Assembly (NCBI GenBank): GCA_963737265.1
Contig: CAVTRY010000007.1
Span: 320,001 to 384,000, forward strand
DNA length: 64,000 nt
Origin: an uncultured delta proteobacterium
Lineage (GTDB): Bacteria > Myxococcota_A > Polyangia > Fen-1088
Direction of reading: 5' to 3'
How positions within the stretch are numbered: the first letter of the stretch is position 1; each line of letters begins with the position of its first letter. The notes below the pieces were generated by a model. It worked only from the letters and a program-made list of their open reading frames with translations. It ran no database searches and was not told the DNA's origin. A program made the position numbers and the translations under genes. Positions 1 to 14,032 of the stretch are shown piece by piece.

Positions 1-341
1 CCGCGAGCACGACTACGGCATGCACCTCGGCTTGCCGCGCCTGATGGACATGGGCCAGTGCAACGATTCCTACGGCGCCATTCAAGTCGCACTGGCGCTG
101 GCCGGTGCCTTCAATTGCGCGCGTGAACGAATTGCCGCTCACCCTCGTGGTTTCGTGGTTCGAGCAAAAAGCCGTGGCCGTGCTGCTCACCCTGCTTTCA
201 CTTGGCGTGAAGAAGATCGCCATCGGCCCCAATCCGCCTGCCTTCATCACGCCCGGCGTGTTCAAGATACTGCAAGACAAGTTCGATCTCCGCCTGACCG
301 GCAACGATCCGGCCAAGGATTTGGCTGCAGCGATGAGCTGA
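1..341 (+). CDS. hcp: Hydroxylamine reductase (hybrid-cluster protein), 3' end; one apparent frameshift near 120
   Basis: [16 protein letters not shown], then in the next frame [28 protein letters not shown], both characteristic HCP C-terminal motifs. Confidence 0.9.
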
Positions 342-377
342 GCGTGGATTCTCGCGCCAAAGCCCGCGGAGCCGGCA

Positions 378-1104
378 TCAGTAGCCGAGCTTCGGCGATA
401 GCCACCGCTCGGCATCCGCAACGCCGATGCCTTTGCGGGCGGCGTAGTTTTCCACCTGGTCGCGCGCGATGCGGCCGACATCGAAATAGCGCGCCTGTGG
501 GTGGCCAAGGTAGATGCCGCTCACGCTCGCGGCGGGCCACATGGCGAAGCTTTCGGTTAGCGTGATACCAGCGGCGGATGCTTGTAGAAGATCGAAGAGC
601 TTTTGTTTTTCGCTATGCTCGGGGCAGGCCGGGTAGCCGAAGGCAGGACGAATGCCGCGGTATTTTTCCGCGATGAGATCCTCGCTGGTCAGCTGCTCGG
701 CCGCGCCGTAGCCCCACTCGCGGCGCACGCGTGCGTGCAACATTTCCGCCAAGGCTTCGGCCAGGCGATCGGCCAGGGCTTTCACGATGATGGCGTTGTA
801 GTCGTCGCCGGCCTGCTGGTATTTCACCGACAGCTCCTCGGCGCCGAGCCCCGCGGTCACGGCGAAGGCGCCTACGTGATCCGCCAGGCCCGAAGCGCGC
901 GGGGCGACGAAATCGGCCAAGCAGCGGAACGGCGGCTCGCCGCCTTGTTGGCGCAACATGGGGAAACGCACCTGCTCGCGGCTGCGGCTTTCGTCGGCGA
1001 AGAGCACGATGTCATTGTCCTCGCTGGCGGCGGGCCAGAAGCCATACACGGCCGAGGCACGGATCTGTTTGCCTTTCACGATGGCGTCGAGGGCTTTCTT
1101 GCCG
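378..1104 (-). pseudogene. metH: Orphan duplicate of the metH 3' end (B12 reactivation domain)
   Basis: 374-1104 aligns without gaps to 2405-3135 (about 26 mismatches by eye, 5 aa changes); no 5' portion and no obvious RBS. Confidence 0.92.
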
Positions 1105-1273
1105 CTGGTCACGAGCAGCTGTCAGGAAAATAGAGACTTTTCCTGTGAACAGAATCTGGGTTTGGCTCGAAATACCAAGAACGCAACGCCCCGAGAGGAC
1201 ACCGCTTTGGGCTTTGGGGCTTTTGCTTTCATCTTTGCGGCCTGGTACCTTCAGCACTTGATTGGAGGTGCAT

Positions 1274-1459
1274 ATGTCTGAGGAGCTCAAGAGGCTTCTC
1301 GAAGCCGCACGGCGCGTATCGATGTCCCCTTTGGACTCCGAGAGCCAGCGTCGTAGTTTCGCCTACGGAAACACGCATTTCGAAAACGAACGAATCACTC
1401 GTGAAACCGTAGACAAGGCGGCGGAGAAACTGTCGAAGGGGAATGGTCAGAAAGACTGA
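1274..1459 (+). CDS. Small helical protein upstream of and overlapping the Fic gene; putative antitoxin
   Basis: GGAGG RBS before ATG at 1274; RRSFAYGNTHFEN motif; overlaps the Fic start. Confidence 0.7.
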   Translation: MSEELKRLLEAARRVSMSPLDSESQRRSFAYGNTHFENERITRETVDKAAEKLSKGNGQKD

Positions 1460-2108
1460 CATCCGCCGGGATTCCGAGCCGCGGTCACACCAGCTATTCG
1501 GCGACGAAGACCAGAAGGCAGAGCTCGAAGCCAGGAACGGCCTTCTCCAATTCGACGAGGTGGTGCGGCTGGTTGGGGAGGTTGAACGGGGCGCGAGCTT
1601 TCGCCTGCGCCCGTCGACTCTTCAAACGCTCCATCGCATTGCGATCCAGGACATCTACTCTTGCGCCGGCAACTACCGGACAAGTCCGGTTCACATCAAA
1701 GGCACCGACCATCAGCCTCCTCTTTGGCAGGACGTGCCGAGGCTGGTCGAAGAGATGTGCGACTACGTCAATGACCACTGGCAAGCATCGACGCCCGTCC
1801 ACCTTTCGGCGTACCTGATGTGGCGAATCAACTGGATCCACCCTTTCGCCGGAGGCAATGGCCGCACTTCGAGGGCCGTCTCCTATCTCGCCCTCTGTTC
1901 CCGCTTGGGCTGCCATCTGCCGGGCAGACTGACAATTCCAGAGCAGATCGTCGCGAGTCGTGAACCCTACTACAGGGCTCTTGATGCGGCCGATCTCGCC
2001 TGGAGCAAGAACGCCGTCGATGTTTCCGAGATGGAGAACCTACTTTCCGCCCTTCTCGCGCGCCAGCTGACCGAAGTTCACGCCGCTGCGGTATCCGTTC
2101 CAAAGTAG
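1443..2108 (+). CDS. Fic/DOC family protein
   Basis: Fic motif HPFAGGNGRTSR, plus AGNYRT and YYRALDAAD. Confidence 0.92.
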   Translation: MVRKTDIRRDSEPRSHQLFGDEDQKAELEARNGLLQFDEVVRLVGEVERGASFRLRPSTLQTLHRIAIQDIYSCAGNYRTSPVHIKGTDHQPPLWQDVPRLVEEMCDYVNDHWQASTPVHLSAYLMWRINWIHPFAGGNGRTSRAVSYLALCSRLGCHLPGRLTIPEQIVASREPYYRALDAADLAWSKNAVDVSEMENLLSALLARQLTEVHAAAVSVPK

Positions 2109-2256
2109 CGCGAGCCGCGTCGCCAGCGAGGGCGAAGATCGTGGGCAGAACGGATGAGGTGTGTGTGCGGAACAATCTCGGGCCGAGACAAGAACCGGGC
2201 ATAGAGAGGAACCGGGAATCCGAGTTGTGATACCCTCTCCGCACGGAGATTGAGCG

Positions 2257-2408
2257 ATGGGAAAATGCTCCGTGATCCAGCCATTTGATGCCGATGCGTT
2301 CGACAAGCGGTTTGACGATGTCTTGGTTCCCGCCATCAGAGCGGCCGACCTTGACGCCTATCGTGTCGACAGGGATCCGACACACGACTCTTGCCCGCGA
2401 CGCTGGCA

Positions 2409-2415
<7 letters not shown>
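2257..2415 (+). pseudogene. N-terminal fragment of a nucleoside 2-deoxyribosyltransferase/TIR-like protein
   Basis: GGAG RBS, then MGKCSVIQPFDADAFDKRFDDVLVPAIRAADLDAYRVDRDP; similarity ends after about 41 aa at the metH stop region. Confidence 0.6.
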
Positions 2416-6072
<3,657 letters not shown>

Positions 6073-6076
<4 letters not shown>

Positions 6077-7044
6077 GTCGATTCCTTGGTGGTTCGGGCA
6101 AGGCTGTCAGGTTTGCGAGCAAATGCACTGATCACGGCGAAGTGGGGCGGGCGCTTTTCGCGCGAGGTGACCTCGCAACGCTCGACCAGCAAGCCGGCTT
6201 CTTGGACGAGCCAGCCATGCAGATCGCGCGGGCGAAATCCATGGTTGATATGACCGTAGGATGCCGTGACGTCATCCCGATCGTGGTGGGCAAGCGTGCT
6301 GATCAGGAGATCGCCGCCCGGCCGCAATACACGAGCCGCCTCGCGCAGCGCCCGAGCCGGATCCGTCGCGTAGGTGAGCACGTGCAATAGGAGCACGTGA
6401 TCGAATCGCCCGTCCGGGAAGGGCAGCGCATGAATGTCCCCCGGCGCAAAATCCACGTTGCCCAGACCGAGCAGGCGGCGTCGCGCTGCCCGCAGCACCT
6501 TTGCGCTGTGGTCGAGGCAGGTAATGCTCTTGCTCTGAGGCGCAAGCAAGAACGCCATGGTGCCATCGCCCGAACCTGCGTCGAGCACATCGCCGAGGCG
6601 GACGTAGCTTAGGAACCCCAGCATGGTCGCTTCCCAGGTGCGCCCCGGCGAATAGTGGCGATCCATCTGGCCAGCGACATTTTCGGGCCAGCTGGCCCCC
6701 TTTTGCCGCGCGCGAACGACTTTTTCGCGGCGCAGACGGTCGACCTGCAACTGGGGCTCGTCCCCGTCTTCCGCCACCAAGCTCCACAGTCGTCGCGCGT
6801 TCTCCGGCATGACCGATCCGCTCAAAGTGTAGTAAGTCGATGCGCCTTGGTGCCGGTCGGTCAGGATGCCGGCGTCGCGAAGCTTGGCGAGGTGGGTAGA
6901 TGCTCGTGATTGCGGCATTTCGGTGATTTGCGTAATTTCGGCGACGGAAAGCTCATGTCCGTCGAGCAAGGCGGCCAGCCTGATGCGGTTTGGATCCGCG
7001 AAGAGACGCAGAATATCAACTGTTTTAGCCAAATCATTCATCAT
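6073..7044 (-). CDS. sahR: ArsR HTH fused to a class I SAM-methyltransferase domain; SahR-type methionine-cycle regulator
   Basis: N-terminal ArsR HTH (SQ/STHLAKLRDAGIL), VLDAGSGDG, YSPGRTWE; 4-bp overlap with the metH start. Confidence 0.8.
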
Positions 7045-7067
7045 TTCATCCTGATTTGATGATTATA
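7038..7067 (-). promoter_or_regulatory. Putative sahR-metH -10 box with an overlapping palindromic operator
   Basis: TATAAT on the minus strand (7067-7062); inverted repeats TCATCA-N13-TGATGA (7038-7062) and TCATC-N7-GATGA. Confidence 0.5.
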
Positions 7068-7103
7068 GTACAAATAGTGCTTCCATCCCTCAAGAGGTAA
7101 CCT

Positions 7104-9665
7104 ATGTTCGCCGATATGCCTCCCGTGACCCCAAGCACGCCCGGGAGCGGCCCACGATTATCGGACCGCTACGAGCTCAAAAGCCAAGCCGGTGTCGGCG
7201 GCATGGGGACCGTGTATCAGGCCATCGATCGTGAGAGCGGAGCGTTGGTTGCGCTCAAGATTCTGCATTCCCGCAACACCATCGAGCAGGCGCGCTTCAA
7301 TCAGGAGGCCAGGGTTCTGGCCGAGCTGTCCCACCCTGGCATCGTGCATTACTTCGATCATGGCGTTGCACCGCATGGATCGCCGTACATCGCGATGGAG
7401 TGGCTGGAGGGGGAGACGCTCGAAGATCGGCTGGCACGGGGCATTCTCGGGCCCGCAGCGGTTGGCCACGTTGCGCGCCTAGTCCTTGAAGCGCTGGCGG
7501 CCGCGCACGCGCGCAACATCGTTCACCGCGACATCAAGCCCAGCAACATCTTCCTCGTGGGCTGGAAGGTGACCGAAATTCGCATTCTCGATTTCGGCAT
7601 CGCCAGGCGGGTATTCGATGCCAAGCGCCTCACGCGCAAGGGGTCGACCGTGGGCACGCCACTTTACACATCGCCCGAGCAAGCCCGCGGTCGCGCCGAC
7701 GTGGATGGTCGGGCCGACATATTTTCGCTCGGTTGCGTTTTGTTCGAAGCGCTGACCGGCGAGCCACCGTTCGCGGGCGATACCCCGCTTGAGGTCATGA
7801 CCAAGGTTTGCGCCGGACGCGTTCCCGACCTGGCCTCGCGACGGGCCAATATCCCGCCGTCGATTGCATCGCTGGTACACGGAATGCTCGCGCCCGATCC
7901 CGCCGCCCGGCCACAGTCGGCCGCGGTACTGGCCGACGAGTTCGCCGAGGTCGTGCGCAAACTCGGCGGCATCGGCGGCGAGATCGCCGCTGCGAGCCCG
8001 CCAACCTCCGCCAAGCGCGACAGCATCAGCGAAATCGAGGAACACCTGGCCTGTGCCATGCTGGTGTCCTTGGCCAAACGCGATTCCGCCCTGGACGTGG
8101 TCCGCCCGCTCGCCGAACGTCGCCACGGTCCCAAGGCGGCCTCCACCCAACCCCCGGCCAGCGATCGCGTGGCCAAGGACGAGGACAACTTTCGTCTCGC
8201 CGAGATCCGGCGCCTGCTTGAGCTCTACGCCTGCGAGATGGATCGTCTGATCAATCGCACCCTGCTGCTGACCGCACCGACTGTGTCAACCGCCCACGAG
8301 CAGGCCATCCAGCTCGCATCGGCGGCGCTGGCCCTGCGGGATAAGGAGCCGGACGCCAAGATCGCCATCGCCACCGGGCGCGCGACGTTCCTCGGCCGCC
8401 TGCCCGTGGGCCGGTTGATGGATCGCCTGCCGTCGCTGATGGAAGGGCAAGAGGCCGGCACGATCCGCCTCGACGGGACAACCCGTCGGATTTTGCCCAT
8501 GCGGTTCGCGGCCAGCGGCCCGCCGAGCAATCTGCTCCTGCTGGCCGAGACCAGCGCGCCCGGCGCGGAGCGCCCGCGCGAAATCGGCGGTCGCGTCGGT
8601 CCCTTTCTGGGTCGCGAGCGCGACGTGGCAACCTTGCGTTCGACCTTCGAGGAGATCCTCGAGGAGAAAGTCGCGCGTCCGGTGCTCTTGCTAGGGCAGT
8701 CCGGCCTCGGCAAGACGCGGCTCTTACGCGAGTTCCTGGCCGAGGTGGCCGGACTCTCTGGCGATCAACCGGTGATTGTGAAGGGCGGCGGGAGCCTCCT
8801 GCGCATCGAGCGCCGGTATCCAACGCTGGCGCCCGTGCTGGCCGCCGCTGGCGTCGACGTGCAGGGCAAGTCGAGCACCCACGTCGAGGCTGAGCTGGCG
8901 GCGTGGGTGGCTCGCCAAGGCGACGGCCGCGGGCTTCTGATATTGCTCGAAGACCTGCAATGGGCCGACGGTCCGAGTTTGGAGCTGGTCGATCGGCTGC
9001 TGCAGACGCTTCACGACAAGCCCATCCTGGTCATCGGCGTGGGCCGGGAGGACGTCGAGGACAGGTTCCCAGGTCTGTGGAGCGCGCGTTCCGTGCACCG
9101 ACTTCGCCTGCGGCCGCTGCCGCGCAAGTTGGGCTCCGAGTTGCTCCGCTTCTGGGTTCCCAGTCTGTCGCGTGGCGCGGAGGATTTCGTGCTTGAACGG
9201 TGGGAGGGCAATCCGCAATTCCTGGAAGAATTGGCAGTAAATGTCGCCAACGACCATTTTGGCATTTCCGATGCGGTCTACGCCGTGGTCGAGGGACGAC
9301 TTGAGGGCGTCGAGCCCGACGTTCGCCGCGTGTTGCGCGCGGCCAGTCTGTTCGGCGACAAGCCTTTCACGGTGGATGCTCTGGTTGCCTTGCTCGGCGA
9401 AGCCGCCCGTAAGGGTATCGCCGAATGGCTGGAAATCCTGATCATGAAGGACTTTGTGGAACGCGACGTGGTGGTGGGTGAAGCGACCTATCGTTTCCGT
9501 CAGCGCTTGGTGCGCGACGCCGGCTACCGCATGCTCACCTCGTCCGACCGCGTGCTCGCCCGCCGTCTCGCGCGGGCGTGGCTGGAAGGCGCCGGGCGCA
9601 CCCTGCCAGAATTCCTCGCCGCGCCTGCTTCGTTGACCAGCCAGGTCGCCGTTAGCGGAGGGTAG
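7104..9665 (+). CDS. Hanks-type Ser/Thr kinase fused to an AAA/STAND-like ATPase
   Basis: [32 protein letters not shown]; Walker A GQSGLGKT; LEDLQWAD. Confidence 0.92.
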   Translation: MFADMPPVTPSTPGSGPRLSDRYELKSQAGVGGMGTVYQAIDRESGALVALKILHSRNTIEQARFNQEARVLAELSHPGIVHYFDHGVAPHGSPYIAMEWLEGETLEDRLARGILGPAAVGHVARLVLEALAAAHARNIVHRDIKPSNIFLVGWKVTEIRILDFGIARRVFDAKRLTRKGSTVGTPLYTSPEQARGRADVDGRADIFSLGCVLFEALTGEPPFAGDTPLEVMTKVCAGRVPDLASRRANIPPSIASLVHGMLAPDPAARPQSAAVLADEFAEVVRKLGGIGGEIAAASPPTSAKRDSISEIEEHLACAMLVSLAKRDSALDVVRPLAERRHGPKAASTQPPASDRVAKDEDNFRLAEIRRLLELYACEMDRLINRTLLLTAPTVSTAHEQAIQLASAALALRDKEPDAKIAIATGRATFLGRLPVGRLMDRLPSLMEGQEAGTIRLDGTTRRILPMRFAASGPPSNLLLLAETSAPGAERPREIGGRVGPFLGRERDVATLRSTFEEILEEKVARPVLLLGQSGLGKTRLLREFLAEVAGLSGDQPVIVKGGGSLLRIERRYPTLAPVLAAAGVDVQGKSSTHVEAELAAWVARQGDGRGLLILLEDLQWADGPSLELVDRLLQTLHDKPILVIGVGREDVEDRFPGLWSARSVHRLRLRPLPRKLGSELLRFWVPSLSRGAEDFVLERWEGNPQFLEELAVNVANDHFGISDAVYAVVEGRLEGVEPDVRRVLRAASLFGDKPFTVDALVALLGEAARKGIAEWLEILIMKDFVERDVVVGEATYRFRQRLVRDAGYRMLTSSDRVLARRLARAWLEGAGRTLPEFLAAPASLTSQVAVSGG

Positions 9666-9780
9666 CCGCATGGCAACCGAGCCACCTCGCGTGGCGCGAC
9701 GATTTCTTCAGCGTCGTATCATGAGGCTGTCGGGCTTCAGGCTTCAAGCTAAAGTGCAGGCGCGTGAGTCGAGATCCAAT

Positions 9781-9803
9781 CGGTCCCGAAACGGGAGCCG
9801 TTT
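9781..9803. terminator. Hairpin between convergent genes
   Basis: CGGTCCCG-AAA-CGGGAGCCG followed by TTT. Confidence 0.35.
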
Positions 9804-9815
9804 GACACCGGCCTC

Positions 9816-10304
9816 TTAGTACCGGATCTTCGCCGCCAGTCTGGCGTAAGCGATGAACGGAGCGGCGGCGGCGTCACAGGGCACGCGCTCGCGCGGAACT
9901 TCCGATCCGCCGCCGGTCGCATTCAGCGCTGCGTAGAAAACGGCATCGTCGAAGCCGGCAGCGGCGGCGTCCTCGCGCGCGGCCGCGTAATAGACCGCGC
10001 GCGGCCTGGCCCACAGGATCGCACCCAGGCACATGGGGCAAGGCTCGCAGCTCGCGTACACGTCGCAGCCGTCGAGCTGGAACGACCCGAGGGCGGCGCA
10101 CGCGGCGCGGATGGCCTGCACTTCGGCATGCGCGGTGGGATCGTTGTTCGCCACCACGGCGTTGGCAGCCTTGGCGATCACGACTCCGCCCTTGACCACG
10201 ATTGCGCCGAACGGACCGCCCTGCCCGGCCTCGGCGCCGCGAATCGCCTCGACCACGGCCAGACCGAGGAAGTGCTGCTTGTCGGCCAGCGACGGCAAGG
10301 TCAC
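9816..10304 (-). CDS. Nucleoside/guanine deaminase (cytidine deaminase fold)
   Basis: GPFGA, DPTAHAE, SCEPCPMC; GTG start overlaps the yggS stop. Confidence 0.88.
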   Translation of the reverse strand: MTLPSLADKQHFLGLAVVEAIRGAEAGQGGPFGAIVVKGGVVIAKAANAVVANNDPTAHAEVQAIRAACAALGSFQLDGCDVYASCEPCPMCLGAILWARPRAVYYAAAREDAAAAGFDDAVFYAALNATGGGSEVPRERVPCDAAAAPFIAYARLAAKIRY

Positions 10305-11026
10305 GTGCGCGCTCCGAAAATCGCGGTGCCGACCCGTATCATCGTCGCGCCCTCGGCGATGGCCACTTCGAGGTCGTGGCTCATCCCCATGGAAAGCTCG
10401 GCGAGCGCCACGTTCGGCCGGCTCGGCGAGCGCTGCTCGTCGTGCAGGCGGCGCACGGCCGCGAAATGAGGACGCGACAGCTCGGGATTCTCGTCGTAGG
10501 GCGGGATGACCATGAGGCCCGAGCAACGCACGTGCGACAGGCCGGCGAAGCTGTCGAGGATCGCCGGCAACGAAGCAGGCGCGATGCCACTCTTCTGGAT
10601 CTCGCCGGCCACATTCACCTGAATCAAGCAATCTTGCCTTGCGCCGAGCACGGCCGCTTTGCGCTCGATCTCGGCCAACACGTCCCGCGACCCCACGGTG
10701 TGAACCAACACGACCTTGCCGGCTACGTACTTGACCTTGTTGGTCTGCAAAGGGCCGATGAAATGCCAGCGCGGCTGGGGCAGGCCGTCCGCCTTCACGA
10801 CCAAACTGGCGACCGCGGCGTGTTTGTCGCGGAATTCCTGGCCGTAATTTTCGGCAAAATCCCGCTGGCCAGCGGCCAGCGCCGCCACGATATCTTCGGG
10901 CGCCACCGTCTTGCTGACTGCCAACAGGCAGACACTGTCCGGCGCGCGCCCCGCGCCAGCGAGAGCCGCAGCCATGCGCGCCCGAACGCCGCGAAGGTTG
11001 GCCGCAATTCGTTCTGCGCCGTTCAC
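10301..11026 (-). CDS. yggS: PLP homeostasis protein
   Basis: LLAVSKT, FAENY, WHFIGPLQTNK, ELSMGMSHD, GATMIRVGTAIFG. Confidence 0.93.
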   Translation of the reverse strand: MNGAERIAANLRGVRARMAAALAGAGRAPDSVCLLAVSKTVAPEDIVAALAAGQRDFAENYGQEFRDKHAAVASLVVKADGLPQPRWHFIGPLQTNKVKYVAGKVVLVHTVGSRDVLAEIERKAAVLGARQDCLIQVNVAGEIQKSGIAPASLPAILDSFAGLSHVRCSGLMVIPPYDENPELSRPHFAAVRRLHDEQRSPSRPNVALAELSMGMSHDLEVAIAEGATMIRVGTAIFGART

Positions 11027-11643
11027 CGCATAACCCCAAAGGCAGGTGGAGGATAGTTGGGCACCGCCTCGAGCGCGCGCAGGTCGGCGAGGACCTCCGC
11101 CAGGGGTAGCCCTACCACGTTGCTGAACGAGCCGCGCAGCTCGGTGGCGAAGCAGCCGGCAATCCCCTGAATCGCGTAGCCGCCCGCCTTGCCGCGCCAC
11201 TCGCCCGACGCCACGTAGGCCGCGACTTCCTTGGCATCGAGCGAACGAAAGGTCACGAAGGTGGCCACCAGCCTCTCGACTGTGCGCTGGCCAAGACGGA
11301 TTTGGTACGCGGTCAGAACCTCGTGCCGTCGTCCGGCCAGGCGCTGCAACATCGCCTCGGCTTGGCCTTCGTCGGCGGGTTTGCCAAGAATTTCGCCACC
11401 CAAGAAAACCACCGTGTCGGCGGCCAGCACGGCGAGAACCGGCGTCGGCATCCCGAGGCGCTCCATCGCGGCATCGCACTTTTCGGCCGCCAGGCGCGCG
11501 GCGTAGCTGCGAACCGGCTCGCCTGGGCGCACCGATTCGTCGATGTCGACGGGCGCGATGGTTAGAGCCAAGCCAAGGCCTTCCAGCAGGTCGCGCCGCC
11601 GCGGCGACGCCGAAGCCAGAATCAAATCGGGAGTACGGTTCAC
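11023..11643 (-). CDS. maf: Maf family nucleotide pyrophosphatase
   Basis: LILASASPRRRDLL, AADTVV, GKAGGYAIQG, NVVGLPL. Confidence 0.93.
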   Translation of the reverse strand: MNRTPDLILASASPRRRDLLEGLGLALTIAPVDIDESVRPGEPVRSYAARLAAEKCDAAMERLGMPTPVLAVLAADTVVFLGGEILGKPADEGQAEAMLQRLAGRRHEVLTAYQIRLGQRTVERLVATFVTFRSLDAKEVAAYVASGEWRGKAGGYAIQGIAGCFATELRGSFSNVVGLPLAEVLADLRALEAVPNYPPPAFGVMR

Positions 11644-11719
11644 GATGTCCCGGAGTATATAGCCGGCGACGGCCACTAAGGTATGCTGGACGCCTTTCTG
11701 ATTCCGAGACTCCTCATCA

Positions 11720-12868
11720 ATGACTGCCTATCTCGACAACGCCGCATCCACCGCACCCTTGCCCGAAGTCGTCGAGGCGGTCAGTCGCGCCATGCGCGAA
11801 CACTTTGCCAATCCTTCATCCTTGCACGGGCTGGGCGCTGCCGCAGCGCGCGCACTCGCCAGCGCCCGCGAAGAGGTCGCGGCGCTCGTCCACGCCGAGC
11901 CCGACGCCATCGTCTTCACCGCGAGCGGCACCGAGGCCAACGCGCTCGGGCTGGTGGGCGCAGCACGTGCTTCGCGCAAGCGCCACGTCGTGATCAGCGA
12001 AATCGAACATGCAGCGGTGTTCGAATCGGCGCAAAGGCTGGGCGGCGAAGGCTGGCAGGTCGAGCGGGTCGCGCCCGGCAGCGACGGCTGCGTGACCGCC
12101 GAAGCGGTATTGGCCGCCGTGACCCCCGAGACGGCGGTGGTTTCCATCATGCTGGTCAACAACGAGATCGGCAGCGCGCAGCCGGTGGCCGACATCGCAC
12201 GCGGCTTGCGGTCGCTTGGGCGCAAGATCCATTTCCACGTCGACGCGGTTCAGTTCGCCGGCATCGTCCCTCTCGATGTGCGCACCAAGGGTGCGGATTC
12301 CATCGCCATTTCCGCGCACAAGTTGCACGGTCCTAAGGGCGCGGGCGCGCTTTGGCTGCGCAAAGGTGCGAACCTTGCGCCGCTTTACGGTGGTGGCGGG
12401 CAAGAGCGCGGCCTGCGCTCGGGCACCGAGAATCTCCCGGCGTGCGTGGGCTTCGGTGTAGCGGCAATGCATGCCCGCTCGGATCTCGAGCGTGCCGCTC
12501 GCGTGGGCCAATTGCGCGACCGACTGGAATCCCTCATTTTCGCGGCGGTTCGGCAAGCCAAGCCCGCGGTGCCGCTCGCCACGCCGCGCGCGCCGCACAT
12601 CGCAGGCGTTCTCTTGCCCGGCTTTCCGGCGGAGCCGGTCCTGCACGCGCTGGAGGCGCGCGGGGTGTATGCCTCCGAGGGCGCGGCCTGCTCGTCGCAC
12701 GCGCGCGAACAAAGCCGCGTCTTGCGCGCCCTAGGGGTTCCAGCGAACACGGGCGCGCTGCGTTTTTCCCTGTCGCGCCTGACCACCGCCGACGACATCG
12801 AACGAGCGGCGCGCGCGTTGTCGGAATCGGTCGAGGTCGTGGCAAAAATGGTAAACGCGGGGCGATGA
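11720..12868 (+). CDS. Cysteine desulfurase (IscS/NifS type)
   Basis: YLDNAAST, FHVDAVQ, SAHKLHGPKG, SEGAACSS. Confidence 0.93.
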   Translation: MTAYLDNAASTAPLPEVVEAVSRAMREHFANPSSLHGLGAAAARALASAREEVAALVHAEPDAIVFTASGTEANALGLVGAARASRKRHVVISEIEHAAVFESAQRLGGEGWQVERVAPGSDGCVTAEAVLAAVTPETAVVSIMLVNNEIGSAQPVADIARGLRSLGRKIHFHVDAVQFAGIVPLDVRTKGADSIAISAHKLHGPKGAGALWLRKGANLAPLYGGGGQERGLRSGTENLPACVGFGVAAMHARSDLERAARVGQLRDRLESLIFAAVRQAKPAVPLATPRAPHIAGVLLPGFPAEPVLHALEARGVYASEGAACSSHAREQSRVLRALGVPANTGALRFSLSRLTTADDIERAARALSESVEVVAKMVNAGR

Positions 12869-14031
12869 TTTCGATCCTGTGCCGATACGGCGAGCTGTTC
12901 CTCAAGGGCGGCAACCGCGGATTCTTTCTGCGCGCCATGGCCGACAACGTCCGCGCGGCCGTGCGCGACCTGCCCGAGAGCCAGGTTCTCTCGCCCTACG
13001 GCCGCCTCGTGGTGCGCGTCCCCGGCGAAGCACGCGAAGACGCCTGCGCCCGCTTGGAACGCGTCTTCGGCCTGGTTTCCGTGTCGGCCGGGGCCGAGGC
13101 GGCGCTCAACATTGATGCCATCACCGCCACCGCCGTGGCCGAAGCCAGGGCCGCCGTCGCCCGCAATCCCGAGCTCGGCCGCAGCTTCAAGGTCGAATCC
13201 CGCCGCTCGAACAAAAATTTCCCCCTCAACTCGTATGCCATCGACTGCCACGTCGGCGACGCCATCATCGACGCCCTCGGCATGCCGGTGGATGTGCACA
13301 ATCCAAGCCTGCGCCTGGGTATCGAGATCGCCACCAACGCGGCCTACATCTTCGCCGAGGTTCGGCCCGCGCCGGGTGGCCTGCCGGTGGGCGTGTCGGG
13401 GCGCGGTCTGCTCTTGCTTTCGGGCGGCATCGACTCGCCCGTTGCCGGCTGGCTGGCCGCCAAGCGCGGGCTCGCCCTCGAAGCCCTCACCTTCCACTCG
13501 CCGCCCTTCACCGGCGAACGCGCCAAGGACAAGGTCGTGTCGCTGCTGCGCATTCTTGCGCGCTGGCAGGTCGCCAAGACGCTTTGGGTGGCACCCTTCA
13601 CCGAGGCGCAACAACATCTGCGGGATACCGGCTCCGGCGAATTGGCGGTGGTGCTCTATCGCCGCATGATGATTCGCGTGGCCGACATTCTGTGCAAACG
13701 CACGCGCTGCAACGCCATCGTCACGGGCGAAAACCTCGGCCAAGTTGCCAGCCAGACCTTGATCAACATGGCCAACATCGAAAACGCCGCTCGCCATATC
13801 GTGCTGCGACCGCTGCTCACCTACGACAAGATGGAAACGATCGCGCTTGCTCGCCGGATCGGAACCTTCGACACCTCGTCGTTGCCGTACGAGGATTGTT
13901 GTTCGCTCTTTCTGCCCGCCCATCCCGCCACGGCGGCCAAGATGAAAGACATCAAGGCCGCCGAGCGCAAGCTCGACGTGGGCGAAGAAGCATCCGCCAT
14001 CGCCGAGAAGTGCGAACGCATCGTGGTATAG
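12865..14031 (+). CDS. thiI: tRNA 4-thiouridine synthase
   Basis: RYGELFLKGGNR, THUMP region, LLSGGIDSPVA, PYEDCC; coupled to the desulfurase gene. Confidence 0.93.
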   Translation: MISILCRYGELFLKGGNRGFFLRAMADNVRAAVRDLPESQVLSPYGRLVVRVPGEAREDACARLERVFGLVSVSAGAEAALNIDAITATAVAEARAAVARNPELGRSFKVESRRSNKNFPLNSYAIDCHVGDAIIDALGMPVDVHNPSLRLGIEIATNAAYIFAEVRPAPGGLPVGVSGRGLLLLSGGIDSPVAGWLAAKRGLALEALTFHSPPFTGERAKDKVVSLLRILARWQVAKTLWVAPFTEAQQHLRDTGSGELAVVLYRRMMIRVADILCKRTRCNAIVTGENLGQVASQTLINMANIENAARHIVLRPLLTYDKMETIALARRIGTFDTSSLPYEDCCSLFLPAHPATAAKMKDIKAAERKLDVGEEASAIAEKCERIVV

Positions 14032-14032
14032 C

